DNA of 63,892 nucleotides, the filler included, from Octopus bimaculoides (lineage: Eukaryota): the NCBI RefSeq assembly GCF_001194135.2. It is 9 parts of 8 records of this genome, joined end to end, with 100 filler letters (N's around TTAATTAATTAA, not from the genome) between each part and the next. Parts side by side here need not be neighbours in the genome. Positions count along the whole stretch, not along the records: positions 1 to 4,498 come from NC_069006.1; positions 4,599 to 8,146 come from NW_026412260.1; positions 8,247 to 19,906 come from NC_068990.1; 6 more parts are not named here. One strand, written 5' to 3'. Below are positions 1-11,673 of the stretch, piece by piece. Position numbers and translations under genes: made by a program. Position 1 is the stretch's first letter. Each line of letters opens with the position of its first letter. The notes under the pieces are model-generated. The model worked only from the letters and a program-made list of their open reading frames with translations. It had not been told where the DNA came from and did no database searches.

Positions 1-30
1 ATATATGTATATATATATATTATATATATA

Positions 31-77
<47 letters not shown>

Positions 78-95
78 ATATGTATATATATATAT

Positions 96-127
<32 letters not shown>

Positions 128-130
128 CGT
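1..130. repeat. (TA)n microsatellite; representative of the many (TA)n/(CA)n/(GA)n tracts in the window
   Basis: Direct dinucleotide run; the IYIY ORF is a read-through. Confidence 0.97.
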
Positions 131-480
131 ATAAATACACATACGTACTGGATCTTATTTTTTCCCCCCAAAAGTATGTTTTCAAAAAATTGATTTAAAC
201 AACCAACGTAATTTCACGAGACATGTTCAGGGAGTGACTCCCTTTTCTGAGATTTCAGAGTCGAATGCAATGATAAGTTAACGGAAATAAATAAAATAAA
301 ATAAAATAAAATGAATATATAAATAAAGGGGGTTTTGAGAATTCCCATGAAAGCCAGAACTGAAATAATATTCATAAGCTTGAAATAGTTGTTGTAATAC
401 GCATCGCTTGCAAGGTTTTTTCGAAAGCATTAAAATAACTTTTTGCTGTTAGCCTTCGTAAAAAAAAAAGCTCAAAATAT

Positions 481-913
481 AGACGCAGGCGTGACTGTCT
501 GATGAGAAGCTTCAATTCCTAATTACATTGTTCTGGGTTCAGTCCCACTGCGTGGCACCTTGGGCAAATGTCTTGTACTATGGCTTCAGGCCGACCAAAT
601 CCTTGTGAGAGAATTTGCTAGACGGAAACGAAAAGATGCCCGTCGTATATATGTATATGTATGTATCTGTGTATGTCTTTGGATCTGTGTCTGTCCCCAC
701 CCACTACCACCACCACCACCACTACTTCACAACCGGTGTTGGTGTGTTTACGTCCCTGTTACTTAGCCTTTCGGCAAAATGAGAAGCCGATACAATAAGT
801 ACCAGGCTTAAAAGTGAATCCTGGGGGTGATTTGTTCGACTGCAACCCTTGAGGGTGGTGCCTCAGCATGGCCGCAATTAAATGACTGAAACAAGTAAAA
901 GATAAAAGATAAA
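481..913 (+). mobile_element. tRNA-headed SINE, family A, full length, diverged
   Basis: Head GACGCAGGCGTGACTG...GGGTTCAGTCCCAC (A/B-box-like), internal (TA/TG)n, tail GACTGAAACAAGTAAAAGATAAAAG; homologous to more than 15 copies in the window. Confidence 0.9.
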
Positions 914-1224
914 AATATACTCAGAAATCAGGCATTTTTGAGAAAACAGGCTCTGATTATCAGCAGAAAGAATGGAAATATGAATCTCAGAATACTGAGA
1001 ATTTAGCGTTTATCTGTTAAAATACGCAATGAGCTTTGCAATGATTCACTCTTTGCTTACTCAACGAAGAAATACAAATATGACTGATTACACTGTGACA
1101 TGATTTTTGTCCTTGAGTAGCAAGTGTCATTTCTTATTTGTTTATACCAAGAAAGTATGACAAATGGTTCGTATTTCCTTTAAATTTTGCTTTTGTTACG
1201 ATATTTATTCAAACCACAAAAAAA

Positions 1225-1341
1225 ATCCCTCTCAGCATATGGCTATGATGCGCCCCGCTATTCCTACCCATGATCAGAGATGCACATATTGTCAGCCACT
1301 AGGAGACATGCACGAGTGGTTAAGGTCAAGCAACTGACAAG
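1225..1341 (-). mobile_element. Fragment of the dispersed repeat also present at about 57872-57985
   Basis: Reverse complement aligns by eye to 57872-57985 (CTTGACCTTAACCA...GTGGCTGACAATATGTGCATCTCTGATCA). Confidence 0.75.
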
Positions 1342-1685
1342 AAGAATATTTGCTATAACGATATTTCTGCTTCAGCAACTCGGTATGAAACTGTCTGAAA
1401 TATAATGGAAAATAGGTCAGTACAAAGCGTTGATGTCCAGGTCACAAAAGCAAATCTGAAAGGAATAGATGTCATTTCCTTTGATTTTTAGATAGAAACG
1501 AATAGGAAATGACACTTTCTGACCAATGACAAGAAAATATGTGGTATTGAGCAGAACATTTGCTGTAACGATATTTCTGCTGCAGCAACTCAGTGCTGAA
1601 TCTGTCTAAAAATGTAATGGAAAATAGGTCTGTTTCAAAACATCGATGTCCAAGTGACAAAAGCAAAGTTTGAAGAGAATAGTGG
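1335..1685. repeat. Diverged tandem duplication, period about 209 bp
   Basis: AGAATATTTGCTATAACGATATTTCTGC...CAAAAGCAAA near 1343 recurs as AGAACATTTGCTGTAACGATATTTCTGC...CAAAAGCAAA near 1552. Confidence 0.85.
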
Positions 1686-1717
1686 CCATTTCCATTTTTC
1701 ACACGCCCACTTATTCC

Positions 1718-1794
<77 letters not shown>

Positions 1795-1803
1795 TCACAC
1801 ACA

Positions 1804-1930
1804 AGGAAGCAGCGTAATAGCTAGTGTTTTGCTCAAGAGCACAACTCGCAGCACGCCCGATCCGGAGATCAGATCCATGATCTAGCGATCGTGAATGCAA
1901 TATCCTAATCACTCGGCTTGGCGCCTTCGC
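1804..1930 (-). mobile_element. tRNA-headed SINE, family C head, old
   Basis: Reverse complement GAAGGCGCCAAGCCGAGTGATTAGG...TTGTGCTCTTGAGCAAAACACT matches the family C head at 16591. Confidence 0.65.
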
Positions 1931-2129
1931 ATGTATGTGGATACAATGGATGACATGTTCAAAGGATTAGAGTGACTGAGTTTTCCACAAACACGTGTAT
2001 TCTTTGTGTAATTCTAAGGTAGAACCAGTGTGGAACTTTGTGCTGAAGGTTGACTACTAAAAGGGTTCATCTATCATTTAACCACTATAATATGCTGTGG
2101 AGTTGTTTGAGAAGGGAGGGTAATCGAGG

Positions 2130-2736
2130 AGCAAGAACATAACGATGGTGGTGGTGGTGGTGGCGGTGGTGGCGGTCGTGGTGGTGGTGGTAGTAGTAGT
2201 GACAAAGTGCAAGATGAGAAGAGCTAGGAAGATAAGGAGACCAAGGAAGATGAGCAGAAGGAGGGTCTTGTTGATGTTGATGATAATGATGATGATGATG
2301 ATGATGACGATGGTGTGATAAGGGGACAACGAAGAAGCTGAAGAAAAAGAAGAGTGAGGTGGCAGAGAAAAATATAGTAGTAGTAGTAGTAGAAAAAGGA
2401 GTGTAAAAAAACGGAAAGGATGAAGAAAGATAAAAAGGAAATAAAAATTCGAAAGAAATGGAAGTAAAGACAGAAAACAGCTCTTCCACCCGCTCCCTAC
2501 ACGACCTCCACTCACAAAATAAGAAGCAATGCCGGAATGCGAACTGAGTTCAACGATGTTGTCTGCGATTAAAACAAAATGCTATAATTTTGCTTTGTTT
2601 TTCGTTTTGGGTTTTTCGTTCGTTCTTTTTTCCAAAGAGGTTTTTTTTTTATTCTTTTGGAGCCAGACATATTTATGAGTGATTCGTTTGCTCACCAGGT
2701 GGCATAGTCTACAATCTAAGCATCAATACTTTTTTT

Positions 2737-2769
<33 letters not shown>

Positions 2770-3265
2770 TCACCACCACCACTACTACTACTATCACCAC
2801 CACCAATACCAACACCATCAACACCACCACCACCACTACAGCTACCACCGCCACTATTAAAACCACCATCAGCATCACCAGCACCACCATTACTACTACT
2901 ACAACTACTACTGCTATCACTACTACTACTTCTACTAATAGTACTACTACTGATGATGATGATGATGAGGAGGAGGAGGAGGGTGATGATGCCGATACTG
3001 ATGATGATGATGATGATGATGAATTTGATGTTACTTTTCTTCTTCTACAGCTGCTACTACGAGTACCAGAACGATTACAAGTACATCACCTACTACTACT
3101 ACTTAGTACCGTTTTGCTCTCCATCCTCTGTCGCCATTTTTTAAGTAGCACAGAAAATATCAGAGCCACAGCGGGGAACCCTTAGTGAGTTAGAAATGTT
3201 GTGGGCGGGTTTTTTTTACTCCTAAGAATTATGAAAACAGTTGGATACTCATTTCTCTTTTAGAC

Positions 3266-3330
<65 letters not shown>
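2130..3330. repeat. Trinucleotide low-complexity tracts (GGT, GAT, ACT, ACC)
   Basis: Direct; accounts for the poly-T/D/H/V ORFs. Confidence 0.95.
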
Positions 3331-3480
3331 GATATATCTAACAATAGCTTTCATCAGTTGCCATATTATCAGAAGCGCCAAAAATTATCAAGAACCCAGC
3401 GGGGTTTCTTTACCCAAACGAGTTGGGTATGCTTCTTCTCTTCTTTTTGTTTCTATTAAACAAGAATACAAGGCAGAATT

Positions 3481-3514
<34 letters not shown>

Positions 3515-3594
3515 ACAACTGCCACTGGAAGTCCTACGTGGTTATTCGTTGTGCAAGGAATAGCAGCTAAATAACCCTCGAAAGCACATACTTG

Positions 3595-3796
3595 TCTTTA
3601 TTTTACTTGTTTCAGTCATTTGACTGCGGCCATGCTGGAGCACCGCCTTTAGTCGAGAAAATCGACCCCAGGACTTATTCTTTGTAAGCCTAGTACTTAT
3701 TCTATCGGTCTCTCTTGCCGAACCGCTAAGTTACGAGCACGTAAACACATTGCATCGGTTGTCAAGCGATGTTGGGGGGACAAACACAGACACACA

Positions 3797-3833
<37 letters not shown>

Positions 3834-3996
3834 GATGGGCTTCTTTCAGTTTCCGTCTACCAAATCCACACACAAGGTTTTGGTCGGCCCGAGGCTATAG
3901 TAGAAGACGCTTGCTCAAGGTGCCACGCAGTGGGACTGATCCCGGAACCATGTGGTTGGTAAGCGAGCTACTTACCACACAGACACTCCTGCGCCT
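3595..3996 (-). mobile_element. SINE family A, full length, young
   Basis: Reverse complement begins AGGCGCAGGAGTGTCTGTGTGG, has internal (TA)n and the intact tail. Confidence 0.95.
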
Positions 3997-4049
3997 TTTA
4001 AGAAATGTAAGGACTCATTGGGGGACGTAGCCTAAGATAATTGCGGCCT

Positions 4050-4235
4050 TGCTGGGGCACTGCCTCGAAGAATTTTAGTCGAACGAGTCGATACCAATAC
4101 TCCATGTTTTTAATCTTTGTTATAAGACTGGTACTTGTCCTGTCAGTCTCTTAGGCCAAACCGCTATGTTACGTGGCCGTAAACACACCAACACCGGTGG
4201 CCAAGTGGTGGCGGGGGATGAAAATACACGCACGA
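4050..4235 (-). mobile_element. SINE family A 3' half, old
   Basis: Diverged match to the family A tail region (CCGCTATGTTACG...GTAAACACACCAACACCGG). Confidence 0.6.
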
Positions 4236-4312
4236 TCATGCGCGCACAATCAGGTGCGTGCGCACATTCGCACACGCACGCACACACATGTATGTGTATA
4301 CGGTATACAACG

Positions 4313-4498
4313 GTCACCTTTGCCTTTCATCCTTTCGGGGACGATAAATTAAGTACCAGTTACGCACTGGGGTCGATCTAATCGACTTAACCCCTCTGTC
4401 TGTCCTTGTTTGTCCCCTCTGTCTGTCCTTGTTTGTCCCCTCTGTCTGTCCTTGTTTGTCCCCTCTGTCTGTCCTTGTTTGTCCCCTCTGTGTGTAGC
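4313..4498 (+). mobile_element. SINE family D 3' part ending in a 23-bp minisatellite (4 perfect copies, 4391-4482)
   Basis: TTTGCCTTTCATCCTTTCGGGG...GGGGTCGATCTAATCGACTTAA followed by (CCCCTCTGTCTGTCCTTGTTTGT)x4. Confidence 0.9.
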
Positions 4499-4788
4499 NN
4501 NNNNNNNNNNNNNNNNNNNNNNNNNNNNNNNNNNNNNNNNNNTTAATTAATTAANNNNNNNNNNNNNNNNNNNNNNNNNNNNNNNNNNNNNNNNNNNNTG
4601 TGTTTTTATTGGCTAAACTGGCAATATGACCGTCCCCAAATACAACATTTGTTTCAACACAGGATTTCACATCAAAAATCTTGCAAAACAAATATATATA
4701 TATACATTCACATATACACAGAAAGAAATAGAGATAGACACTAATACATACACACACACACACATAAACATATATATATATATATATG

Positions 4789-5231
4789 ACTACGGACCGA
4801 GACCTTTGGAAATGGGCTGTGCGTGAGAAGACCCGGCAAGCCAAGTAAGATCGTTGCCAGTGCCCCTGGACTGGTTCTTGTGCGGGTGGCACATGAGATG
4901 CACCATTTTGAGCGTGGCCGTTGCCAGTACCGCCTGACTGGCTCCTGTAGGATTTTCGAGCGAGATCGTTGCCAGTGCCCCTGGACTGGCTTGTGCGGGT
5001 GGCACATAAAAGACACCATTTCGAGCGTGGCCGTTTTCGTGCGGGTGACACGTAAAAGCACCCACTACACTCTCTGAGTGGTTGGCGTTAGGAAGGGCAT
5101 CCAGCTGTAGAAACTCTGCCAAATCAGACTGGAGCCTGGTGTTGCCATCCGGTTTCACCAGTCCTCAGTCAAATCGTCCAACCCATGCTAGCATGGAAAG
5201 CGGACGTTAAACGATGATGATGATGATGATG
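4789..5231 (+). mobile_element. 5'-truncated RTE-type LINE: last 19 codons, 3'UTR and (GAT)n tail, flanked by long direct repeats
   Basis: Translates TTDRDLWKWAVREKTRQAK* (compare MTKDRDLWRYAVTVKT* at 29.8 kb); flanks 4702-4788 and 5232-5306 are duplicates. Confidence 0.92.
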
Positions 5232-5316
5232 ATACATTCACATATACACAGAAAGAAATAGAGATAGACACTAATACATACACACACATAAACATATATA
5301 TATATGTGTGTGTATA

Positions 5317-5394
<78 letters not shown>

Positions 5395-5614
5395 CATATA
5401 CACACATATGCAAACACACACATTTAGAAATATGTGTGTATTTCTAAATAGAAGGCCAGGGTGTATGAATTGTGTGTGTGTGTGCTCGCACAAAGGATTC
5501 CAAAGACACAGAGTCTGGAAGAGGTGTAGCAGTGGGGGAGGGGGTTGAAAGGGGGGGCTGTGTATTTAAGCAATACTCAGTGGTGGCCTCGAGCCAGCCA
5601 TGTTAGTTATGGTA

Positions 5615-6370
5615 ATAAAGACCACAACAACAGCAACGATGATGAGGATGAGGATGATAATAATATTAACAATAACAAAGTTGATAATAGTGATGATGAT
5701 GATGACGATGAGGATGATGATGATGACATTAATACCAACTTGCTGATTGTTGAGGTCTCTGGGTGAGAGCTTGGAACAGTTCATATGTAACAAAAAGCAA
5801 CAAGACCAAAGATGAGGAGAAGAAAAAGGAGGAGAAGAAGAAAAAGAATAAGGAGGAGAAGAAGAAGAATGAAAGCAAGACGAAGAAGAAAAAAGAAGAA
5901 TGAAAGCAAGATGAAGAAGAAAGGGAGGAGAAGGAGGAAAATATTGGTGGAGGGAGTGGTAGTGACAGCAATGGAAATAGTTGCAAAGATGATAATCCTG
6001 ACAATGATGATGATGATGTTGATGAAAAATGATGATAAATTTGGAGATACCACTAATGATGATGATGATGGTGGTGGTGGTGGTGGTTGGTGGTGGTGGT
6101 GATGCTGGTTGTAATGATGATGGTAGTGACAGTAGTGGTGGTGGCGGTGGTGGGATGATGATGGTGATCGTGATGATGATAATGATGATGATGATCTGAA
6201 TAATGTCCATAAAGCTGATGATGATGACAGTGATGGCGGTGGTTGCAGCGTGCGCGTGCAGCGGTGGTGTTGGCAGAGGTGGCGGTAACATTATACTGTG
6301 CTTCCCCCCCACACACACACACAACACTTTCACCACCACCACCACCACCAACCCCCAGCAGCCATCACCA
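5615..6370. repeat. Trinucleotide low-complexity block (GAT, GAA, GGT, CAC)
   Basis: Direct. Confidence 0.95.
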
Positions 6371-6744
6371 CACCCCAATCTACATTTTCACACGGATTTT
6401 TCCACGGCAACCTCTGACTCCTTTCTCGAATCAATATTCTTGCGTGTAGAGTGTGTGGTCTTCTGCACACGCCCATACATGTGTGTGTTTGTATGTGTAT
6501 ATGCATATATGTATGTATATACACACACATATATATATATATACATACGTATATATATATATATATATATATACATAGAGATATATACATACTAATAAAT
6601 ATGTATGTGTATATGTATATATATATATATATCATATGTATATGCATGTTAGAGTGTTCATGTATAAATAGTGTATATTTGTATTTATAGATAAATATAT
6701 ATATATATAACTGTACGTATTTTTATATATATATATAAATATGC

Positions 6745-6777
<33 letters not shown>

Positions 6778-7410
6778 AATATATGTATATAAAGTTATAT
6801 ATATATATATATATGCATATCACATATGTATGTGTGTGTATGTAAGCATGTATGTATTATAATCTTGGATTGTTGCTTCATGGTAACTAGAGTTTCACGT
6901 GTAGATTACACACACATACACACACANNNNNNNNNNNNNNNNNNNNNNNNNNNNNNNNNNNNNNNNNNNNNNNNNNNNNNNNNNNNNNNNNNNNNNNNNN
7001 NNNNNNNNNNNNNNNNNNNNNNNNNNNNNNNNNNNNNNNNNNNNNNNNNNNNNNNNNNNNNNNNNNNNNNNNNNNNNNNNNNNNNNNNNNNNNNNNNNNN
7101 NNNNNNNNNNNNNNNNNNNNNNNNNNNNNNNNNNNNNNNNNNNNNNNNNNNNNNNNNNNNNNNNNNNNNNNNNNNNNNNNNNNNNNNNNNNNNNNNNNNN
7201 NNNNNNNNNNNNNNNNNNNNNNNNNNNNNNNNNNNNNNNNNNNNNNNNNNNNNNNNNNNNNNNNNNNNNNNNNNNNNNNNNNNNNNNNNNNNNNNNNNNN
7301 NNNNNNNNNNNNNNNNNNNNNNNNNNNNNNNNNNNNNNNNNNNNNNNNNNNNNNNNNNNNNNNNNNNNNNNNNNNNNNNNNNNNNNNNNNNNNNNNNNNN
7401 NNNNNNNNNN

Positions 7411-7545
7411 NATCCTGAACATGACCTCTGCCTAAAAGTCTTTTTCTAGAGAGGTGAAACCGGTTGGGTAGATGGATGTTTTTTAGAAGTGGGTGCATTT
7501 TCAAACCTTCTTTCATATATATTTCCACTCGTACGGTATTCCACA
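7411..7545 (+). mobile_element. Diverged copy of the HHR-bearing family at 28596-29140
   Basis: Shares GTGAAACCGGT and GCATTTTCAAACCTTCTTTCATATATATTTCCACT with 29059-29128. Confidence 0.75.
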
Positions 7546-7852
7546 ACTTTACTTTATTATATATATATATATATATAGATATATATATATAGATATACAC
7601 ATATGTATATGTATGTATAAATTTGTATACATATATATGTGTGTGAGTGTGTGTATGTGAATGTATATATATATATATATATATATGTGTATGTATGTAT
7701 GTATATGCTTGCATACACTTTCACTGTTGCCACTCTCAGACTTCTGGCTTTCAGTTCCTTAGTCTAAGTGACCTTGCCATGTTCTTATGAACTTGCCACC
7801 CTGAGCAACACATATATACATATGCATCCAAACATACATATAGCATTCCCCT

Positions 7853-8050
7853 CTTTAACCTGTTCCAGTCATTAGACTGCGGCCATGATGGCGCCTCACC
7901 TTGAAAGGTTTTTAGTTGAAGAAATCGACCCCAGGACTTTTTGTTTTTGTTTTTAAAGCCTGTTATTCATCGCATCAGACTCTTTTGCTGAACTGCTAAG
8001 TTTTGGCGACGAAAACACACCAGCACAGACACAAAGACACGCACACATAA
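7853..8050 (-). mobile_element. SINE family A 3' half
   Basis: CAGTCATTAGACTGCGGCCATG...ATCGACCCCAGGACTT...CTGAACTGCTAAG. Confidence 0.8.
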
Positions 8051-8074
8051 ATATATACATATATATTTACATAC

Positions 8075-8146
8075 ACACACACTGATTGGATCGCTTGCCA
8101 CTACACATTCTTTTTTTCTCTCCTTGTTTCTTTCTGTGTTCCTTTC
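8075..8146 (+). mobile_element. Start of a copy of the Penelope-pLTR-like family seen at 44860-45145, cut by a gap at the first base of the HHR core
   Basis: GATCGCTTGCCACT...TTTCTGTGTTCCTTTC matches the reverse complement of 44979-45040. Confidence 0.7.
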
Positions 8147-8415
8147 NNNNNNNNNNNNNNNNNNNNNNNNNNNNNNNNNNNNNNNNNNNNTTAATTAATT
8201 AANNNNNNNNNNNNNNNNNNNNNNNNNNNNNNNNNNNNNNNNNNNNTATATATATATATATATACATATATATATCCCAGATCTATTATATGTATACATA
8301 TAAATTTGACATGGGCAATTCTTTCTTGTCTTGGGATTCAGTCAAATGGCTGGGTGGAATTGCACGAAAAATTATACAGATGTGTAGAATGATCTGGTGG
8401 TGATGCTGAGCTTTG

Positions 8416-8645
8416 TATTTTTTTCATAGCTCTATGATTACCAAGATAATCTACTATTATAATACTCTTGTGTTTATAAAGGAGAAAGGAAGGGGTGATA
8501 GATGAATACGGAAGGAAGGGGGTGATGTCCTATTTTTTCATAGCTCCCATGGTTACCGAGATAATCTACTATAATAATACTCTTGTGTTTATGAATGAGA
8601 AAGGAAGGGGTGATAGAGGAATAAGGAAGGATGCGGGTGATGTCA
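8416..8645. repeat. Two-copy tandem repeat, about 115-bp unit
   Basis: TATTTTTTCATAGCTC...GATAATCTACTA...GAGAAAGGAAGGGGTGATAGA...GGTGATGTC begins at 8416 and at 8531. Confidence 0.92.
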
Positions 8646-9061
8646 TACTTGGTAGTGGGATGATAAAAATTGTACGCTGAAAAAATTAAATCAAACAGCG
8701 TTTCAACTCTGTGAATATATGTGCGTGTATGTAAAAGGGGGGTATGTGAATGTGTGTGTGTGTGTGTGTGCGTGTGCGTGTGTGTGTGTATGTGTGTGTA
8801 TGTGTGTGTGTGTGCATGTGCGCATGCAATGGAAGTGGGATGGTTCATCTTTGTTCGCTTAGTATTTGAGTTTATTTTTTGATTTGGTTGAATCTTGGTT
8901 GTTTTTTTTTGTTGGTCAGTTATTTTTACCGTTTTGACAGAAAAAGGTAATTCTAAAATTGTTTTTTAATGTAAGCATTCCCAAACAAATCGAATACTTA
9001 CACAGAGCAGGTTTTACAGCCACATCGAAACTGACTGGCTCAAACCGGGCTTAGCTGCTAG

Positions 9062-9092
<31 letters not shown>

Positions 9093-9127
9093 GATCTGGG
9101 CTACGAGTGATACGTATAAATACACTC

Positions 9128-9158
<31 letters not shown>

Positions 9159-9275
9159 TATACCCCCCCACACACATACATATACATACATATATATGTA
9201 TGTGTGTGTGTGTGTGTGTCTTTGTGTATGTCTGAGTGTTTCATATGTACACACACACACACACACACACATTAG

Positions 9276-9470
9276 TGTGTCTTTGTGTTTGTTATTGTCT
9301 CCACCACTGCTTGACAACCAGTGTTTGTCTATTTATATGTAACTTAACAAAGTTGTTAAAAAAGCCAGCACAATGAATGCCACACTCCAATTTGTTCAAC
9401 TGAAATCCTTAAAGGATTGCATGGCTGCAATCCAGTGACTGAAACAAGTAAAAGATGAAAAATAAAAAAA
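9276..9470 (+). mobile_element. SINE family A 3' half, old
   Basis: CCACCACTGCTTGACAACCAG...GACTGAAACAAGTAAAAGAT. Confidence 0.75.
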
Positions 9471-9842
9471 AAAAACATAAAAGATCTGTTTGAGAGTTAA
9501 GAAAAACACTAAGTTTGAAAGCTAAGCTTTTAAGGAAACAATAAAGAAAACTACTGCTTAAGTGGTTTTAACACATTTTTCAATACACTCACACATGAGC
9601 AGAATTAATAAGCATTAGTGTAGATTAATGTGTTAATAACACTAAATATATATACATAGCATTTGTATTATTTAGATTGTAGCTGGCTGTTACTTGTGAG
9701 TGAACATGGCTTGGTAATATGAGCCATGCTTTTATTAATTGTTCTGTGGAGCTAATTCCTGTGTAGTTGCAAGCAGTTATAGACACCTGCTTGGTTCTTT
9801 CACTTTTGATCCAGCAGCATAGCTGGGAGAGAGGGGGGAGGG

Positions 9843-9878
<36 letters not shown>

Positions 9879-9929
9879 GAGACAGGCAGACAGAAACAGA
9901 GTTGCACCAGTATCCAGCTATTAGTCAGT

Positions 9930-10064
9930 TATAGCTGAGTAGACCAGTGCAAAGTAAAATAAAGTTCCTTGTTCAAGGACACACTGCACTGCTTTTCCAA
10001 GGATTGAATCCATGGCCTTATGATTATGAGCTAAATACTCTAACCTCTAGGTCATGTGCTTTCA
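9930..10064 (-). mobile_element. SINE family C 5' part, old
   Basis: Diverged match to 28350-28480. Confidence 0.55.
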
Positions 10065-10584
10065 TGTATTAACAATCATTTGTATGAATTAAAGCCTTAA
10101 ATTATATTTCACAAACTTGATTCATCAAGATACATCTTGCAGTGCACCACTGCACTGTTGCACATAGTTTGAGAATCATTGTAATAAAATATTATTTAAG
10201 TAGAATTTGGCAGCTATTTCTACCAAATCTAGTGACTACACATAAGCTCTCTCACTGCCTTATTTATATGTTGTTTTTTTCAATTTTTTCAATTTATTTT
10301 TTATCCCAGGTGTGTAATTGTGTCATTCAGTGCTTGATAAAAGCAATAAAATTATAGCATGATGACTAATTCACTGACTTCTTCCTGTAGAAATATTAAC
10401 ATACTGGTACATAGTAATTAAGCCCTTGGTCAACACTGATTGAGCAAACATATGATCAATGGAGTTACAACTATGACTGTCTTATCTTATTTCCAAGTAA
10501 AAACAAAGAAAAAATTTCAAAGAAACCAGTTGTTGTTTGAACCAGAAGTTTATTTTTATACATTGTAATATTTTCTTATGTAAA

Positions 10585-10880
10585 AGTCTGATGTATCTAG
10601 GACTACATTATCAAATGTATTCTTCAATTTTCATGATTGTTGTGAATTGACAGATATATAGCTGTTGCTGCTTTTAGATTTGAGCAGCTGCATAGAAGCT
10701 CCCTGGTCGGTTCATTATTTTGTTAGGTCTTTAGCATCAGGTAAGACCCACTCTAGCAGATCTATGATCAGAGATGCTTTAATCATAACCATTCCATCTC
10801 TTTTGGAACGTATAATAAGGACCAATACATTATCTTATGTATAAAAAGATTCTGCTGTTATTTCATACAGGCTGAGCAAC
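10585..10880 (-). mobile_element. Dispersed retroposon-like family F (two partial copies)
   Basis: TATCTAGGACTACATTATC and CAGATCTATGATCA motifs shared with 12652, 20572, 27108 and 36466. Confidence 0.6.
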
Positions 10881-10911
10881 CATATATATATATATATATA
10901 TATATATACTA

Positions 10912-11040
10912 CCAAGGTCAACTTAGCCTTTCATCTTTTTAGAGGTGATGAAATAAGTACAAGTTGTACACTAGGGTTGATGTAATTGACCAGCCCACTC
11001 CCCACAAGTTTCAGGTCTTGTACCTATAATAGAAAGGATT
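10912..11040 (+). mobile_element. SINE family D 3' half, followed by (CTT)n
   Basis: GGTCAACTTAGCCTTTCATC...AAATAAGTAC...TTTCAGGTCTTGTACCTATAATAGAAAGG. Confidence 0.75.
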
Positions 11041-11154
11041 CTTCTTCTTCTTCTTCTTCTTCTTCTTCTTCTTCTAATTGTTGTTGTTGTCGCTGCTGTT
11101 ACTGTTGTTGTTGCTGCTGCTGCTGCAACTGGTGTTGTTATTGCTGCTGTTGTG

Positions 11155-11314
11155 CTGAGAGGGTAGAACTGTTAGCATGCAAGACATCTGCCTTTACATG
11201 TTTGAGCTCAAATTCCACTGAGATTGACTTTGCCTTTCCTCCTTTTGAGGTTGATAAAATAAGTACTAGTCAAGTACTGGGGTCGAAGCAATCCTTGCCT
11301 CCCTCAAAAACTGC
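11155..11314 (+). mobile_element. SINE family D, old
   Basis: GCAGAACTGTTAGCA-like head, GAGCTCAAATTCCACTGAG B-box-like segment, TTTGCCTTTC. Confidence 0.65.
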
Positions 11315-11445
11315 TAACATTAATATTATGATTCATATTCTCTCTATTTTCCTTTCTTCTCTTAAGTTATCTATGTCATGTCTTCTCTTAAGTTATCTAT
11401 GACACTAATTAATGATTCTGCCAGCTCACCACCTATCACTTTACT

Positions 11446-11673
11446 TTAACTCTTCTGTATTCAGGTTGCTCTGTGAACTGTATTGCTTATTTATTCATAT
11501 TGCTTTGAATTAAACATGAATTATCTGGTTGCTTTGAGATTTTGATAATGTGATTATTTACTTTTAGAATGACATTGTAAGGTAGGTGTGAGAGACTAGC
11601 TATGGCTAGTTTGAACATAAACCAGGTATAATATTTTGGCCGTATATGGCCAGTTTATATGCTAATTGGTTGA
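11446..11673. mobile_element. Possible old TTAA-ended (piggyBac-type) MITE
   Basis: Left end TTAACTCTT, right end GCTAATTGGTTGA, which look like decayed TTAACCCTTTAGC termini; recognised from memory, unverified. Confidence 0.35.

Noticed and set aside
3051-3144. Strong acceptor followed by CYYEYQNDYKY
   Set aside because: This is a decayed (ACT)n tract with stops in the frames checked and no donor.
4391-4490. CRISPR-like array
   Set aside because: The repeats have no spacers and the context is eukaryotic; no CRISPR, rRNA or prokaryotic features were seen anywhere in the window.
4543-4554. Recurrent TTAATTAATTAA motif
   Set aside because: It is an artificial scaffold spacer; adjacency across these eight joins should not be interpreted biologically.
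9002-9057. Perfect minus-strand donor (gtaagtattc) with an upstream candidate exon
   Set aside because: The longer version has stops in all frames; the 29-nt version lacks a polypyrimidine tract.
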